64,000 bases of DNA from Octopus vulgaris (taxonomy: Eukaryota), in assembly GCA_951406725.2 (NCBI GenBank), contig OX597838.1:22816001-22880000 (forward strand), read 5' to 3'. The translations under genes and the position numbers were made by a program. Shown one piece after another: positions 51,118 to 62,506 of the stretch. The notes below the pieces were generated by a model. It did not search any database, was not told where the DNA came from, and saw nothing but the letters and a program-made list of their open reading frames with translations. The first letter of the stretch is position 1. Every line of letters starts with the position of its first letter.

Positions 51118-52221
51118 GACAAGAGAGAGAATGAGTGAGTGAGAGACCATTCCAATTTTGGTAGCCTGTTTAGGTTAAAAACTCCAACAAGAAAAAACGT
51201 CTGAAATTCTTGTCTTAAAAAGACATCGATGTCTTCCTTAAAACCAGATTCAGGTTAGTCATCATAATAGGCATTTGTGAGCCCTTTGCCTATGCTGTGT
51301 ATCATGTGATGTACAGGACACATTTTCGTGGTTTCTATGCATCATAAATGATACACATTCACAGTTGTTTTTTCAACCACTGGAACAATTTGGGACTTAA
51401 CCCTGTCAAGTGTAATGCTTATTTATTCACATTTGTCATGCATTATCTTGTGGCCTTGAGGTTTCAATAATGGGAGGGTTTAATTTTTGGAATAACATTG
51501 TAGGATAGGTATGAGAAGCCAGATCTGGCTAGTTTCAACATAAGATAAGTAGAATATTTAGGCCGGATATGGCCAGTTTAAAGGGTTCAGAAAGAAAACT
51601 TTATATTACCCTATACACTATGAAACAAGGGCTAACTAAAGGTTTGAAAACAAGCATGGATGTTTAGAACAAAGTTATAAAAATCTTTTGAACAGGTAGA
51701 TTAAACATACACACACACTAATTCACTCTCCCCCACTTTACCTTTTTACAGTATCAGCATCCATGGATGTATATATATGAACTGGAAGTTCATATAGCTT
51801 CATATAGGTACAGTGTAAGGTTATAATGCTGTAGAATGTCAATGACCAGGTTTTAGATGTGTATTGAAGGACTTCAAAATTGTTAGTTATAAGCAGAAAT
51901 TTGAATGAATTCAGTGGTGCATGTGTTAAATAAGCAGCAAAAAATGACTCTACCAAAATGCTATACTATCATGTCTGTATAAATGTAAACAAACAAATAT
52001 TTGGTTTCTTTTTTTTTATTTATTAGAAGCATCAAAATGTGTATTGTATGATACAAATAAGATAATAATAATAATAATGATGAAATTATTGTATATAGTG
52101 CTCGGGTGCACCACAACTTGTCAAAAGTGCGTGTAAAGCATATGCAGTAATGTACAAATGCCTGGAAAGTGAACAATGTATGAGTCAGATACATGCTTGT
52201 GTGTGTATGGAGGGAAGAAAA

Positions 52222-52345
52222 TCAGGTGTAGTGTTGGCGAATCTCAGGAAGCATGGAAGTTTTGAGGGATGCAGTGCTCCGACAACTAACAACTGATGCC
52301 AGCAGTTTGTTCCATGCTTCAGCAACTCTTAGCGTGAAAAAAAAA
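52222..52345 (-). mobile_element. CR1-type LINE 3' remnant
   Basis: FFTLRVAEAWNKL.ASVV is a typical CR1 ORF2 C-terminus. Confidence 0.6.
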
Positions 52346-52353
52346 GATGATGA

Positions 52354-52566
52354 TAAAGATTGTTTGCCAACATAACATGGCAGTCCTGGTTTAGGACTGG
52401 TATTGCTGTAATTTAGCCCCGGGAAACCTCGTCTCCAGCTGGTTCGAAAATGTAAGGACATAGATCGTGTTGTATAACCAACTGGAGACGATGTCTCTTG
52501 GGGCTAAATTATAGCAACATTAGTCCTAAACCAGGACTGCCATGTTATGTTGGCAAACAATCTTTA
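52354..52566. repeat. long inverted repeat, ~90-bp arms, TA-flanked (MITE-like)
   Basis: TAAAGATTGTTTGCCAACATAACATGGCAGTCCTGGTTTAGGACT... and its exact inverse at the right end. Confidence 0.9.
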
Positions 52567-52804
52567 CTACAAAGTACTGTTGCTGAATATCTCACGTTGT
52601 GAGATTAAAAAATAGTTTTTTTTCTTAGATGATATTTTTTCAAACGCAGAGTTGCTGTTAGAACAGCAGAAATACTCAATAAATTGGCTGGTTGTTGACA
52701 GATTTTTTCACCTTGTAAGGGTATTTTACCCATTATTTCTGCTGTTCTAATGGTAACTCTGTGTTCGAAAAAAAATATCTTATTTGTATCATAGAGTACA
52801 CTAT

Positions 52805-53181
52805 CAGTTCTATATTTAAGAGATGAGGAATTATGTATATCATTTACATTTGATAGATATTTGTCCTCATCTTGTTTGTTGTTATCACAATGTTTTGACT
52901 GATATACCCTCCAGCCTTCTTCAGGTGTCTTGGGGAAATTTTGAACCTGGGTTCTCATTCCTAAGGTATTTTTCGTTGTTCTTGCTATTATTATTATTAT
53001 TATTATTCAAGTCACTGCCTGGAATTGAACTCGGAATCTTGAGGTTAGTAGCCTGCGCTCGTAACTACTATGCCATATGCCCGTGAAAGCTGATGAAGGT
53101 TGGAGGGTATATCAGCTGAAATGTTGTGTTAACAACAAACAAGATGAGGACAAATATCCGTCAAATGTAAGTAAAGTACAC
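52805..53181 (-). mobile_element. tRNA-headed SINE carrying a degenerate hammerhead ribozyme, with an inverted partial copy of its 3' part upstream
   Basis: A/B-box head at 53082->53011; hammerhead at 52928->52885; inverted copy at 53088-53181 with CTGATGA...GAAA. Confidence 0.6.
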
Positions 53182-54370
53182 TACCAGTTTCAACAAACAA
53201 AATCAAATTGCTGGTACCATGTAAAAAGCACCCAGTACACTCTGTGGAGTGGTTGGCATTAGGAAAGGCATCCAGCCACAGAAACGAAGCCAAAAGACTA
53301 TGGAACCTAGGGTGGCCCTTTAAAGGTGTTGCGAAAGGTCTGGTTGGAGTTCCAACCTTCTGAGGTTATGTTGTTTAAATCATTATCAGCTGATCCTCTT
53401 GTATATTTTTTTTACCCAAAGTCGGGAACTTTTCAGCACCTCCTTGGATATATCTACTCTACAGAAAGAAGCCTGTTTCTTTTCCGCCTATCATACTTTT
53501 AATCTTTCATCCCCTGGTACAAAGCCACCACTCTCACGTGAGTTGATGACCTCATTGCTGCTCATGACACATAGAAAGCAAAGCAGACAGTGCACTCTGA
53601 AGTGGATGACATTAAGAAGGGCGTCCAGTCGTAGATACCATGTGAAAGCAAACACTTGGGGCTTGGCACAGTCCTCAGACTCACCATCTCCTGTGAAACC
53701 ATCCAGCCGATGCCAGCATGGAAAACATGTTAAATGAACAGCGGCTAACTGGCTTCCGTTCTGGTGGCACGTAAAAGGCACCATTCGAGCGTGATCGTTA
53801 CCAGCGTCGCCTTACTGGCACATGAAAAAACATTCGAGCGAGGTCGTTGCCAGTACTGCCTGACTGGGCCCCGTGACGGTGACATGTAAAAGCACCCACT
53901 ACACTCTCGGAGTGGTTGGCGTTAGGAAGGGCATCCAGCTGTAGAAACTCTGCCAGATCAAGATCGGAGCCTGGTGCAGCCATCTGGTTCGCCAGCCCTT
54001 AATCAAATCGTCCAACCCATGCTAGCATGGAAAGCGGACATTAAACGATGATGATGATGAAAGTAAAAATAGATGTGGCTGTTGCTTTATCTAAATGACA
54101 ATAGTTTTTGCCCATCCGATCAAAACACATAACAGAACAGGATTTATCATTCAAAGGTTAACATAACAATAAGGGTCTTATGTAGAAATCATGGTGGAAC
54201 CAGCAGATATGAATGGTTTTTTTTGGGTTTTTTTTACTAGGTCCAGTTCTAACTGGTATAGAAAGAATTAAAGCAGAACAAAGGAACATGAGATTAAACC
54301 AATGAGAACATTTTATTTTACAAATATATACATATATAAACAGAGGGGCTTCCATTCCAAACTGTTCCCT

Positions 54371-54396
54371 TTAAGATCTTTTCAGTGGAATATTCC
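54371..54396 (-). CDS. GATC: GATC terminal exon (GNIPLKRS*)
   Basis: TTCTAG acceptor, phase 1, completes the conserved APPGNIPL. Confidence 0.85.
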
Positions 54397-54983
54397 CTAG
54401 AAAACAAATAAGAAAAACTGTTAAAGATACAAAATAATGGTTTCAGATTTTGACACAAGGCCAGCAATATTTTAGGGGATTGACATTCTTTTAACACTAG
54501 CTTAATGATAACTAAGTTATTTTACTAAATTCTTTGTTATATTTTAAATTAATTGAAAGAAACACAGAACATCTCAACAGAAATATGATCACAAAAGGGT
54601 TAATGTCACCATATTTTTAACCCTTTTGATACCAACCCGGCTGAAACCAGCTCTGGCTCTGTAGTACAAATGTCTTGTTTTCCTAAGTTTTGAATTAAAA
54701 TCTTCCACCAAACCTTCGTCACAATTTATGTTTCTAACACTAGCTGAATGACAACTAAGTTATTTTACTAAATTCTTTGTAATATTTTAAATTAATTGAA
54801 AGAAACAGAGCATCTCAAAAGAAGTACGGTAATGGCAGTGCCCCAGCATGGAACTAGATAAAAAAAAAAAATAATGCAAGGGTTAAGAACACAATGTACT
54901 GCCCTGTTCAGGAATTGAAACTGAAGTTTTATGATTGTAAGTGCAACACAATAACTACTTAGGTCGTGCACCTACACACTTAC

Positions 54984-55087
54984 CAGGTGGGGCCACATAA
55001 TAATCTTCAAAGACCTTCGTAGCATTGTTGAGTATAGCGTCTTTGTCGCGTCCTTCCTTAATGACATCAGACCGAAGTTCCAGTGCT
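54984..55087 (-). CDS. GATC: GATC exon 4 (ALELRSDVIKEG...ILNNA...EDYYVAPP)
   Basis: CTGCAG/GTAAGT, 104 nt, phase 2/1; LRxD...EDYYVAPP motif. Confidence 0.92.
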
Positions 55088-55902
55088 CTGCAGATTAGGT
55101 GAGTATTTCAAGGATAATGAGACAAAGAGAAAGTGGAAAATGAATAAAAGAATAATTACAGATGAAAAAAGTCAAAGATGGGAAGAAGCAGCAGATAATT
55201 TATTTCTTAAAAAAAGAGAGTTGGGGGGGGGGGGGACTGCATAATTATAATCCTTTGGCATTTCTTTCAGAGTTACGTTCTGGGGCCAATAAAATAAGTA
55301 CCAATTAAGCAGGGGCACCGTGATATGTAATCGACTAGCTCCATACCCCAAAATATCAGGACTCATGAATGAAGTAAATTAAAGATAAAAAAACAGTAGT
55401 GTAGGTCCTGCCAGGATAGAAAAACTGATCTGTAGGTCCCCCTTTTCAAGTCCCTTACATTATAGTGACTAGAAACCTTGTTTGGGACAAAATCATATAT
55501 ATATATATACTGGCTGACTTCCTGTTAATTGTTGGGCATAATGGAGGCAAGGTGGCTGACCTCCTTTTCAGCGTTGGACTTCTTGGAGGCAAAGTGGCCA
55601 AATTCCTTTCGAGTGTTGGGCCTCACAGAGGCCAAAACCAAGAGCTTTGGCATTATGTCATGCTTGAGAAGAAGACCCATCAAACCGAGTAAAATTGCAG
55701 TCGTGGTAGATACTGGTGTCACATAAACACACCCTGGTGTCACACAAATGGCACGTAAAAGCACCCATTATACCCTCCGACCGGTTGACGTTAGGAAGGA
55801 CATCCAGCTGTAGAAAACTATGCTAAATCAGACTGGAGCCTGGCACAGCCCTGTTCAAACCATCCAACCCTTGTTAGCATGGACAACGGACATTAAATGA
55901 TG

Positions 55903-55933
<31 letters not shown>

Positions 55934-56334
55934 TATATATATTTCGTTTTTGGAAGACGCAACAAAAATTTTAGGAAAATAAAAATAAGAAATAAGTGGA
56001 AATTTTACCAGTGTGTTAAATTATAAGGCACAAAAAGAAAATGACTCTCTCTAGACACAACATAATATATATGTATATATATAAAGGAGGCCTACACAGT
56101 CATTGCATATGATGTATGAGCATAATTAGAACACAGATGTGAAGGGATACAAGAGAGAAGAGGAAGATGAAACACAAAATTTCGGTTGTCTCTTAACTCA
56201 GGATTGAGGCCACCAAACAAAAACAGATACATGGCTCCAAGCCAGAGAGATGTAAGGTGAGTTATTTCAAACCCCACCATACCTCTTTGTCATGTCTTGT
56301 AATGGCATTCACCCGGTAATGCTATTACAAGACA

Positions 56335-56745
56335 TGGTAAGCTGGCAGAAACGTTAGCGCACCAGGTGAAATGTTTAACGGTATTTCGTCTGCCGTTACG
56401 CTCTGAGTTCAAATTCCGCCGAGGTCGACTTTGCCTTTCATCCTTTCGGGGTCGATTAAATAAGTACAAGTTACGTACTAGGGTCGATCTAATCAACTTA
56501 ATCCATTTGTCTGTCCTTGTTTGTCTCCTCTATGTTTAGCCCCTTGTGGGTAATAAAGAAATAGGTATTTCGTCTGCCGTTACGTTCTGAGTTCAAATTC
56601 CGCCGAGGTCGACTTTGCCTTTCATCCTTTCGGGGTTGATTAAATAAGTACCAGTTACGTACTAGGGTCGATCTAATCGACATCCATTTGTCTGTCCTTG
56701 TTTGTCTTCTCTGTGTTTAGCCTCTTGTGGGTAGTAAAGAAATAG
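56335..56745 (+). mobile_element. tandem Nin-domain tRNA-SINE copies (second abundant family)
   Basis: GCTGGCAGAAACGTTAGC...GAGTTCAAATTCCGCCGAGGTCGACTTTGCCTTTCATCCTTTCGGGGTCGAT, present twice. Confidence 0.8.
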
Positions 56746-57028
56746 GCATTCACCCGGGAGGGGTTAAGTCGGCTACTATTGAGTTCAGCATGTCATGGGT
56801 CGAGGCTGGAATCTGAACTCAGAACATACAGATGGAAGAAATGTCACTAAGAATTTTGCTGGACAAAATAGGGAGAAAGAGAAAGCAGGACAAAAAAAAA
56901 ATAGGCAGGGAAAGAGCCATCAAAAATTGGCAAAATGCTGGAGCAGATTTGGGCAACAAAAACTCAACATAAATAAACCAATTTACAAAGTGATGGGAAA
57001 GAGGAAGCAAAAACATAACAGGATTTAC

Positions 57029-57198
57029 CTGTCTTCGTGTACTGATATCATAGGTTCAATCCCAGTCGTATCCACAGACAGAACATTATTAGCAGCTTTA
57101 ATAGTTTGTCGGAGCCGTTGCACACCAACCTCAGAATCAAATGCAACAAGAGATAGCCTTTCCAACCTCTCTACAAGTTTGGCATCAACTGGAGGTTC
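57029..57198 (-). CDS. GATC: glutamyl-tRNA(Gln) amidotransferase subunit C, exon 3
   Basis: LERLSLVAF...VDTTGIEPMISVHEDR is the GatC signature; AATCAG/GTAAAT, 170 nt, phase 0/2. Confidence 0.93.
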
Positions 57199-57412
57199 CT
57201 GATTCAAAATAAAGACTGTAATCATTATTTTAATCAAAAATTTGATATATATTTTACATACACAATATATATATATATATATACGACAAATAACCTCTTA
57301 ATTATATACATATATTATATATTGTGAAATTTGATTTAGAATTGCTAAATTGAATTTTTCCCTGTAAGTTTGGAAGTATATTCCCTACTACTATAATTAT
57401 TATATTTTATAT

Positions 57413-57468
<56 letters not shown>

Positions 57469-58434
57469 TGCACGGGTGGCTGTGTGGGAAGAAGCTCTTG
57501 CTTCCCAACCACATAGTTCCGGATTCAATCCCACTGTGTGGCACGTTGGGCAAGTGTCTTCTACTGTAAACACACCAGCCATCAGTTGTCAAGTGATGGT
57601 GGGGGGACAAATACACACACACATATATATATATATATATGTGGGTGTGTGTATGTAGACAGAGTTAGCGGTTATAGTAATTGACGAAGGGATTAAATAT
57701 CTGTATATACTATCGGTATCTGTTACCTGTATTATCCCCAGGCATTGGTGTGCAGGCACACTGCATGCCGAGTGCAGATAACAAGAGTTTATCAGGGATC
57801 AATGCAAATAATTATTTGCAATTATATGTATATACATACATACATACACACACACACATATATATATATATACGACGGGCTTTTTTCAGTTTCTGTCTAC
57901 CAAATACACTCACAACATTTTGGTCAGCCCGAGGCTATAGTAAAAGACACTTGCCCAAGGTGCCATGTAGTGGGACTGAACCTGGAATCATGTGGTTGGT
58001 AAGCAAGCTACTTACCACACAGCCACATACACACACATGGAATCATATTTCAATGAGCATATGTGTATATGCACACATACAAAACTATAAAATACTGGGG
58101 GGTAAAAAAATTGTTATTCCTACATCATCATCATCCTTTAATGTCCCTTTTCCATGCTGGCATGGGTTGGATGGTTTGACCCGAGTTGCACCAGGTTCCA
58201 GTCTGATTTGGCTTGGTTTCTATGGCTGGATGCCCTTCCTAATGCCAACCACTTTACAACATGTACTGGGTGCTCTTAACATGGACTACATAGGCACATT
58301 TACACGGCAGTAGCACGAGTGCTTTTCATATGGCACTGGCACACAACTCTTGCAGGCCAATTCTCTTTTACGAGGTGGAATGGCCTTAATGCTTCTGCTG
58401 TGAAGGACGGGTCTTCATAGAATTTAATACTTAC

Positions 58435-58491
58435 AGATGTGTCTGGATCTGGTGTTGTGTTGATATTGATGTCCTCTGCTGACTGAGACGG
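58435..58491 (-). CDS. GATC: GATC exon 2 (PSQSAEDININTTPDPDTS)
   Basis: Pyrimidine tract + TTCAG, GTAAGT donor, 57 nt, phase 0/0. Confidence 0.6.
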
Positions 58492-59711
58492 CTGAATGTT
58501 GAGAGGTGACACAACAACGAAAGAGAAGAGGAAGAGAATAAAAAAACAAAGTAACATTATAAGGAATTATATCATCTATTTATTAAGAATTATATTACAC
58601 TGTGTAACATGATTTTTATCCTACTGTTATTTCTTATTTGCTTACCCTTGGCTAATATTTCTTAATTCACATAGGTAAAGAGAAAAAAATAATGAATCCA
58701 CCCAGCTTTCATCAACTACATATGCGTTTCTGAATTAAAGAGATGTAAAATTATATTTTTACTCACTTATTTCCGTCTTCTGTGTAATATTTCTGTCTAC
58801 CAAATACACTCACAAGGATTTGGTCAGTCCGAAGCTATAGTAAAAGACACTTGCCCAAGGTGCCATGTAGTGGGGACTGAACCCGGAATCGTGGTTGGTA
58901 AGCAAGCTACTTATCACACAGCCACATACACACACATAATATCATATTTCAATGAGCATATGTGTATATGCACACATACAAAACTTTTTTTTTTTCTGAT
59001 ATTTATTGAAACCCCAAAGAATTCCTCTCAACACATGGCTATGATGCTCCCCCACTACTTCTGCTCATCACCAGAGAAGCATATATTGTTAGCCACTAAT
59101 GGACATGCTCAAGGAGTTAAGGTCAACCAGTTGACAAACAAATCTGTAGTATTGAGCAGAATATTTGCTATAACGATATTTCTGCTTCAGCAACTCGGCA
59201 CTGGATCTGACTGAAATGTAATGGGAAATAGGTCAGCTTCAAAATATTGATGCCCAGGTGACAAAAGCAAAGTTTGAAGAGAATAGCAGTCATTTCCTCT
59301 GATTTCTAGATAGAAGCAAATAGGAAATAACACTTACTGACCAAAGACAAAAAAAAAATTAAATTTTGTTACAGAGTTTTATAATTTCATTAAGAGTTTC
59401 GTTATCATTCTCATCACCACATAATCACTGTCATCATTGTCACCATCCGTATTAACATCATCCCCACCAGGTGGCAAAAATTGTAACAATGCAGGCATGG
59501 CTAAGTGGTTAAAAGGCTTGCTATACAACCACATGGTTCTGGGTTCGGTCACACAGCCTGAAATTTTGGGGGAAAGGGCCAGTCGATTAGATCGATCCCA
59601 GTATGCAACTGGTACTTAATTTATCAACCCTGAAAGGACGAAAGGCAACACCACCAAAGAATACCTGTATATAATACCACAACCTTCATAAATGTCCAGT
59701 TTAATACTTAC

Positions 59712-59825
59712 CTTAGAATAACTGTAGTGAGATTCTAGAGTCAAGGGTAGGGACCTTTGAAACAGACGGGGCAATGTGTATTGCCTGGAAACAAGGTGGT
59801 ACCATCGCAGAGCAGGAAGCTTCAT
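59712..59825 (-). CDS. GATC: GATC exon 1, mitochondrial transit peptide (MKLPALRWYHLVSRQ...YSK)
   Basis: ATG59825, AAG|GTAAGT; Arg/Leu/Ser-rich, acid-poor presequence; 114 nt. Confidence 0.7.
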
Positions 59826-60747
59826 TTAGGTAGCAGATAATTAAAGTTCCGCAGGATTTATGTATCTGTGTCTTGTCTTTATTGATTTATCTTTATTTCT
59901 TCTGTAAATAAAAGGACAAGATGGAGATAAGAATCTAAGATAGAACGAAGAACGAATAATTATTATTGGTTGCTGATAAGGGAGAGGAAAGCCGTTTATT
60001 TGGGAATTGTGTGTGTGTGTCTAGGTTTGTTCTTTTATTATATGCTACGTTATTATAAAGCATGCCTATACAATTGTACCCCCACCCGGCGATGCTTCGG
60101 TATAGGTACATACGTGACTTTGTTTACATTTCTGAAGAAAACAGAAACCCTTTTCTCCTCCTCCCACCATATAAAAATCACTTTCTTGAAATGTATCCGG
60201 TATTTCCGGTACTTACACCGGTACATATACCGAAGGTTCGCCAAAGAGACAGGTGTTCATCTAGCGATTTGTGTCGGAATTAAGAAGAAGATGAAAATAC
60301 AGCTTAGGGTTTCAAAATAATTAAAAGGAATATGCCTTTTACTTTTCGAATTTAGGGAAACTTTCTGGTGTAATGTTTTAATAAGGGGCCTCCAAACTTT
60401 ATCAAGTTTCAGGCATCACCGGCTTCGTTACCAGCTCTGTCTAAATGACAGAAAAGTAAGACAAGCAAAATCATACAAAACCGGACAAATTATCCGGCAA
60501 GATGGGACGGAAGTGGTTAGGATTTCTCGATTTACTTATTATATGGAAACAGTCGAAATATATAATTAAAATATAAAATATACTATGAAAAAAAATGCTA
60601 AATTTGTATTCAACAGATTCAAATTAAAACATTTCTAAAGCAGGGTCTGTCTGATATTTATTAATCCACTTCTGTCCTTGTTTGTCCCCTTGTGGGTAGT
60701 AAAGAAATATATTAATCCACTTAAAAGTCTTAAATTATATCATAATG

Positions 60748-61110
60748 TTGTGTGGTAAGTAGCTTGTTTACCAACTACATGGTTCCGGGTTCAGTCCCAC
60801 TGTGTGGCACCTTGTGCAAGTGTCTTCTACTATAGCCTCGGGCCGACCAAAGCCTTGTGAGTGGATTTGGTAGACGGAAACTGAAAGAAACCCGTCGTTT
60901 ATTTGTATATATATGTATATGTGTTTTTCCCACTAGCATTGCTTGACAACCGATGCTGGTGTGTTTATGTCCCCGTCACTTAGCGGTTCGGCAAAAGAGA
61001 CCGATAGAATAAGTACTGGGCTTACAAAGAATAAGTCCCGGGGTCGAGTTGCTCGATTAAAGGCGGTGCACCAGCATGGCCGCAGTCAAAATGACTGAAA
61101 CAAGTAAAAA
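60748..61110 (+). mobile_element. full-length tRNA-derived CORE-type SINE (dominant family; many copies, e.g. 1310-1695-, 12085-12465-, 21408-21705-, 23215-23640+, 49660-50031-, 63787-64000+)
   Basis: Head TGTGTGGTAAG...GGGTTCAGTCCC, CORE-like CACCTTGGGCAAGTG, internal (TA)n, tail GGCGGTGCTCCAGCATGGCCGCAGTC. Confidence 0.85.
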
Positions 61111-61266
61111 GAGAGATACATACAGTGTAATGTTTATAAGACAAAAATTAAAAATGATATACCAAAACAAATGTAGGTATGCTAATTAAATGAAGAAAAG
61201 CAAAGGCCATGATTTTATTTAAAAGGTACGGCTACAAATTAATACAATTCTAAAGAAGAGCATGTT

Positions 61267-61341
61267 AGATCCCCAAACTATTTTATATGGATTGATAAAG
61301 CTTAAAGCTTTATCAATCCACATAAAATAGTTTGGGGATCT
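61267..61341. repeat. 75-bp palindrome (37-bp arms, 1-nt loop, one mismatch)
   Basis: AGATCCCCAAACTATTTTATATGGATTGATAAAGCTT-A-AAGCTTTATCAATCCACATAAAATAGTTTGGGGATCT. Confidence 0.95.
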
Positions 61342-62078
61342 TTTCCTTTTGATGGACGGAATTTCTAGAAAAGATCCTAGTTTTGTCCTTTAATAAAACT
61401 ATTTTTAACACTACATGCAAATCAAATTAACCGACTTCTTTACAGTATTCCCGGATTTCTGGAAGCCGGATAAGAAGCCCGGTACTATATAAAAGATAGA
61501 ATGACAACCAAAAGCACACACACACACCTACTTGCAAAATTATATAATGAATAGCACAGTTTTTTTCTTCCGTTTCGGTCAAATTCCTTCTTTCTTGCAG
61601 CCTATCGAGAAACTACTACAAGGCATTCTCTTGTTCTATTATAAATTCCACTTGAAACGTCTCGATTGCCCTTGAAAAAGGCATGAACACACTTCATATT
61701 TTGTCCTTATTCCCCCTTTTACCTTAAAGCATTACGACCGTATATCCGTATTCACGTGTGTGTATGCGTATGTATAGAAACATGTGCGTGATTGAGAGTG
61801 TTCATTCAAGTGTGTGTGTATGTATATATGTGTATCTAAGCATCTGTGCACGCGATTTTATATGTGTTTATGTATTCACACGCGTAAGTATGTGTATGTA
61901 TGTAACGACATACGTAAGCCTATAAGATGTTATGTGTATGTATCAAAGCGCATGTGCGTGTATGTATGTATGTGTGCATATATGTATGCTCAAAAGTATA
62001 TATATATACATATATTCATTTATATATGTGTATATAGGTATAGATTACAGATTCTAATTAATAAATGGTATCTAGGTA

Positions 62079-62112
<34 letters not shown>

Positions 62113-62362
62113 TTAGGATCTTTATAAAATTTTTTCCAAACACAAAGTATTTCAAATTTATTTATTTGTGTATGTATGTTTATATATATATATATGTGTG
62201 GATGTACACATACTTGTGTGCGTATGTGTGTCTCTGTATTAGTAAGTGTGTGTCAGTCCCTGTACCCCCCTCTCTCCCTCCGTACACGTGCTAAAAAGCC
62301 CGTGTTCATTTATGTGGCGCAGTGCTACAAGGTCTCCACCAGGTTGTGATCAGTTAACGAAC

Positions 62363-62506
62363 ATGGACAGTATCGCCGAGGAGTGTAACTCTCTCAAGAA
62401 ATTCTACGATGACTGCTTTAATAAGTGGTTCTCAGAGAAATTCCTTAAAGGAGAAATGGACGAAGCCTGTACCCCGATGTTCAAGGCCTACCAGACGTGT
62501 ATCACA
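62363..62506 (+). CDS. TRIAP1: TP53-regulated inhibitor of apoptosis 1 / Mdm35, first coding exon
   Basis: [30 protein letters not shown]...[11 protein letters not shown], twin CX9C motif; ACA|GTATGG donor. The second exon was not found in the window. Confidence 0.93.

Larger units (their letters stand above)
60150..61600. promoter_or_regulatory. putative bidirectional promoter region of GATC/TRIAP1
   Basis: Lies between the divergent ATGs; YY1-like CAAGATGG (60498) and ETS-like CGGAAGTG (60508); CCGG clusters at ~60195, 60481 and ~61450. Confidence 0.45.

Noticed and set aside
53011-53082. tRNA gene
   Set aside because: A and B boxes are present but the acceptor stem does not pair; treated as a SINE head, as are the other tRNA-like heads.
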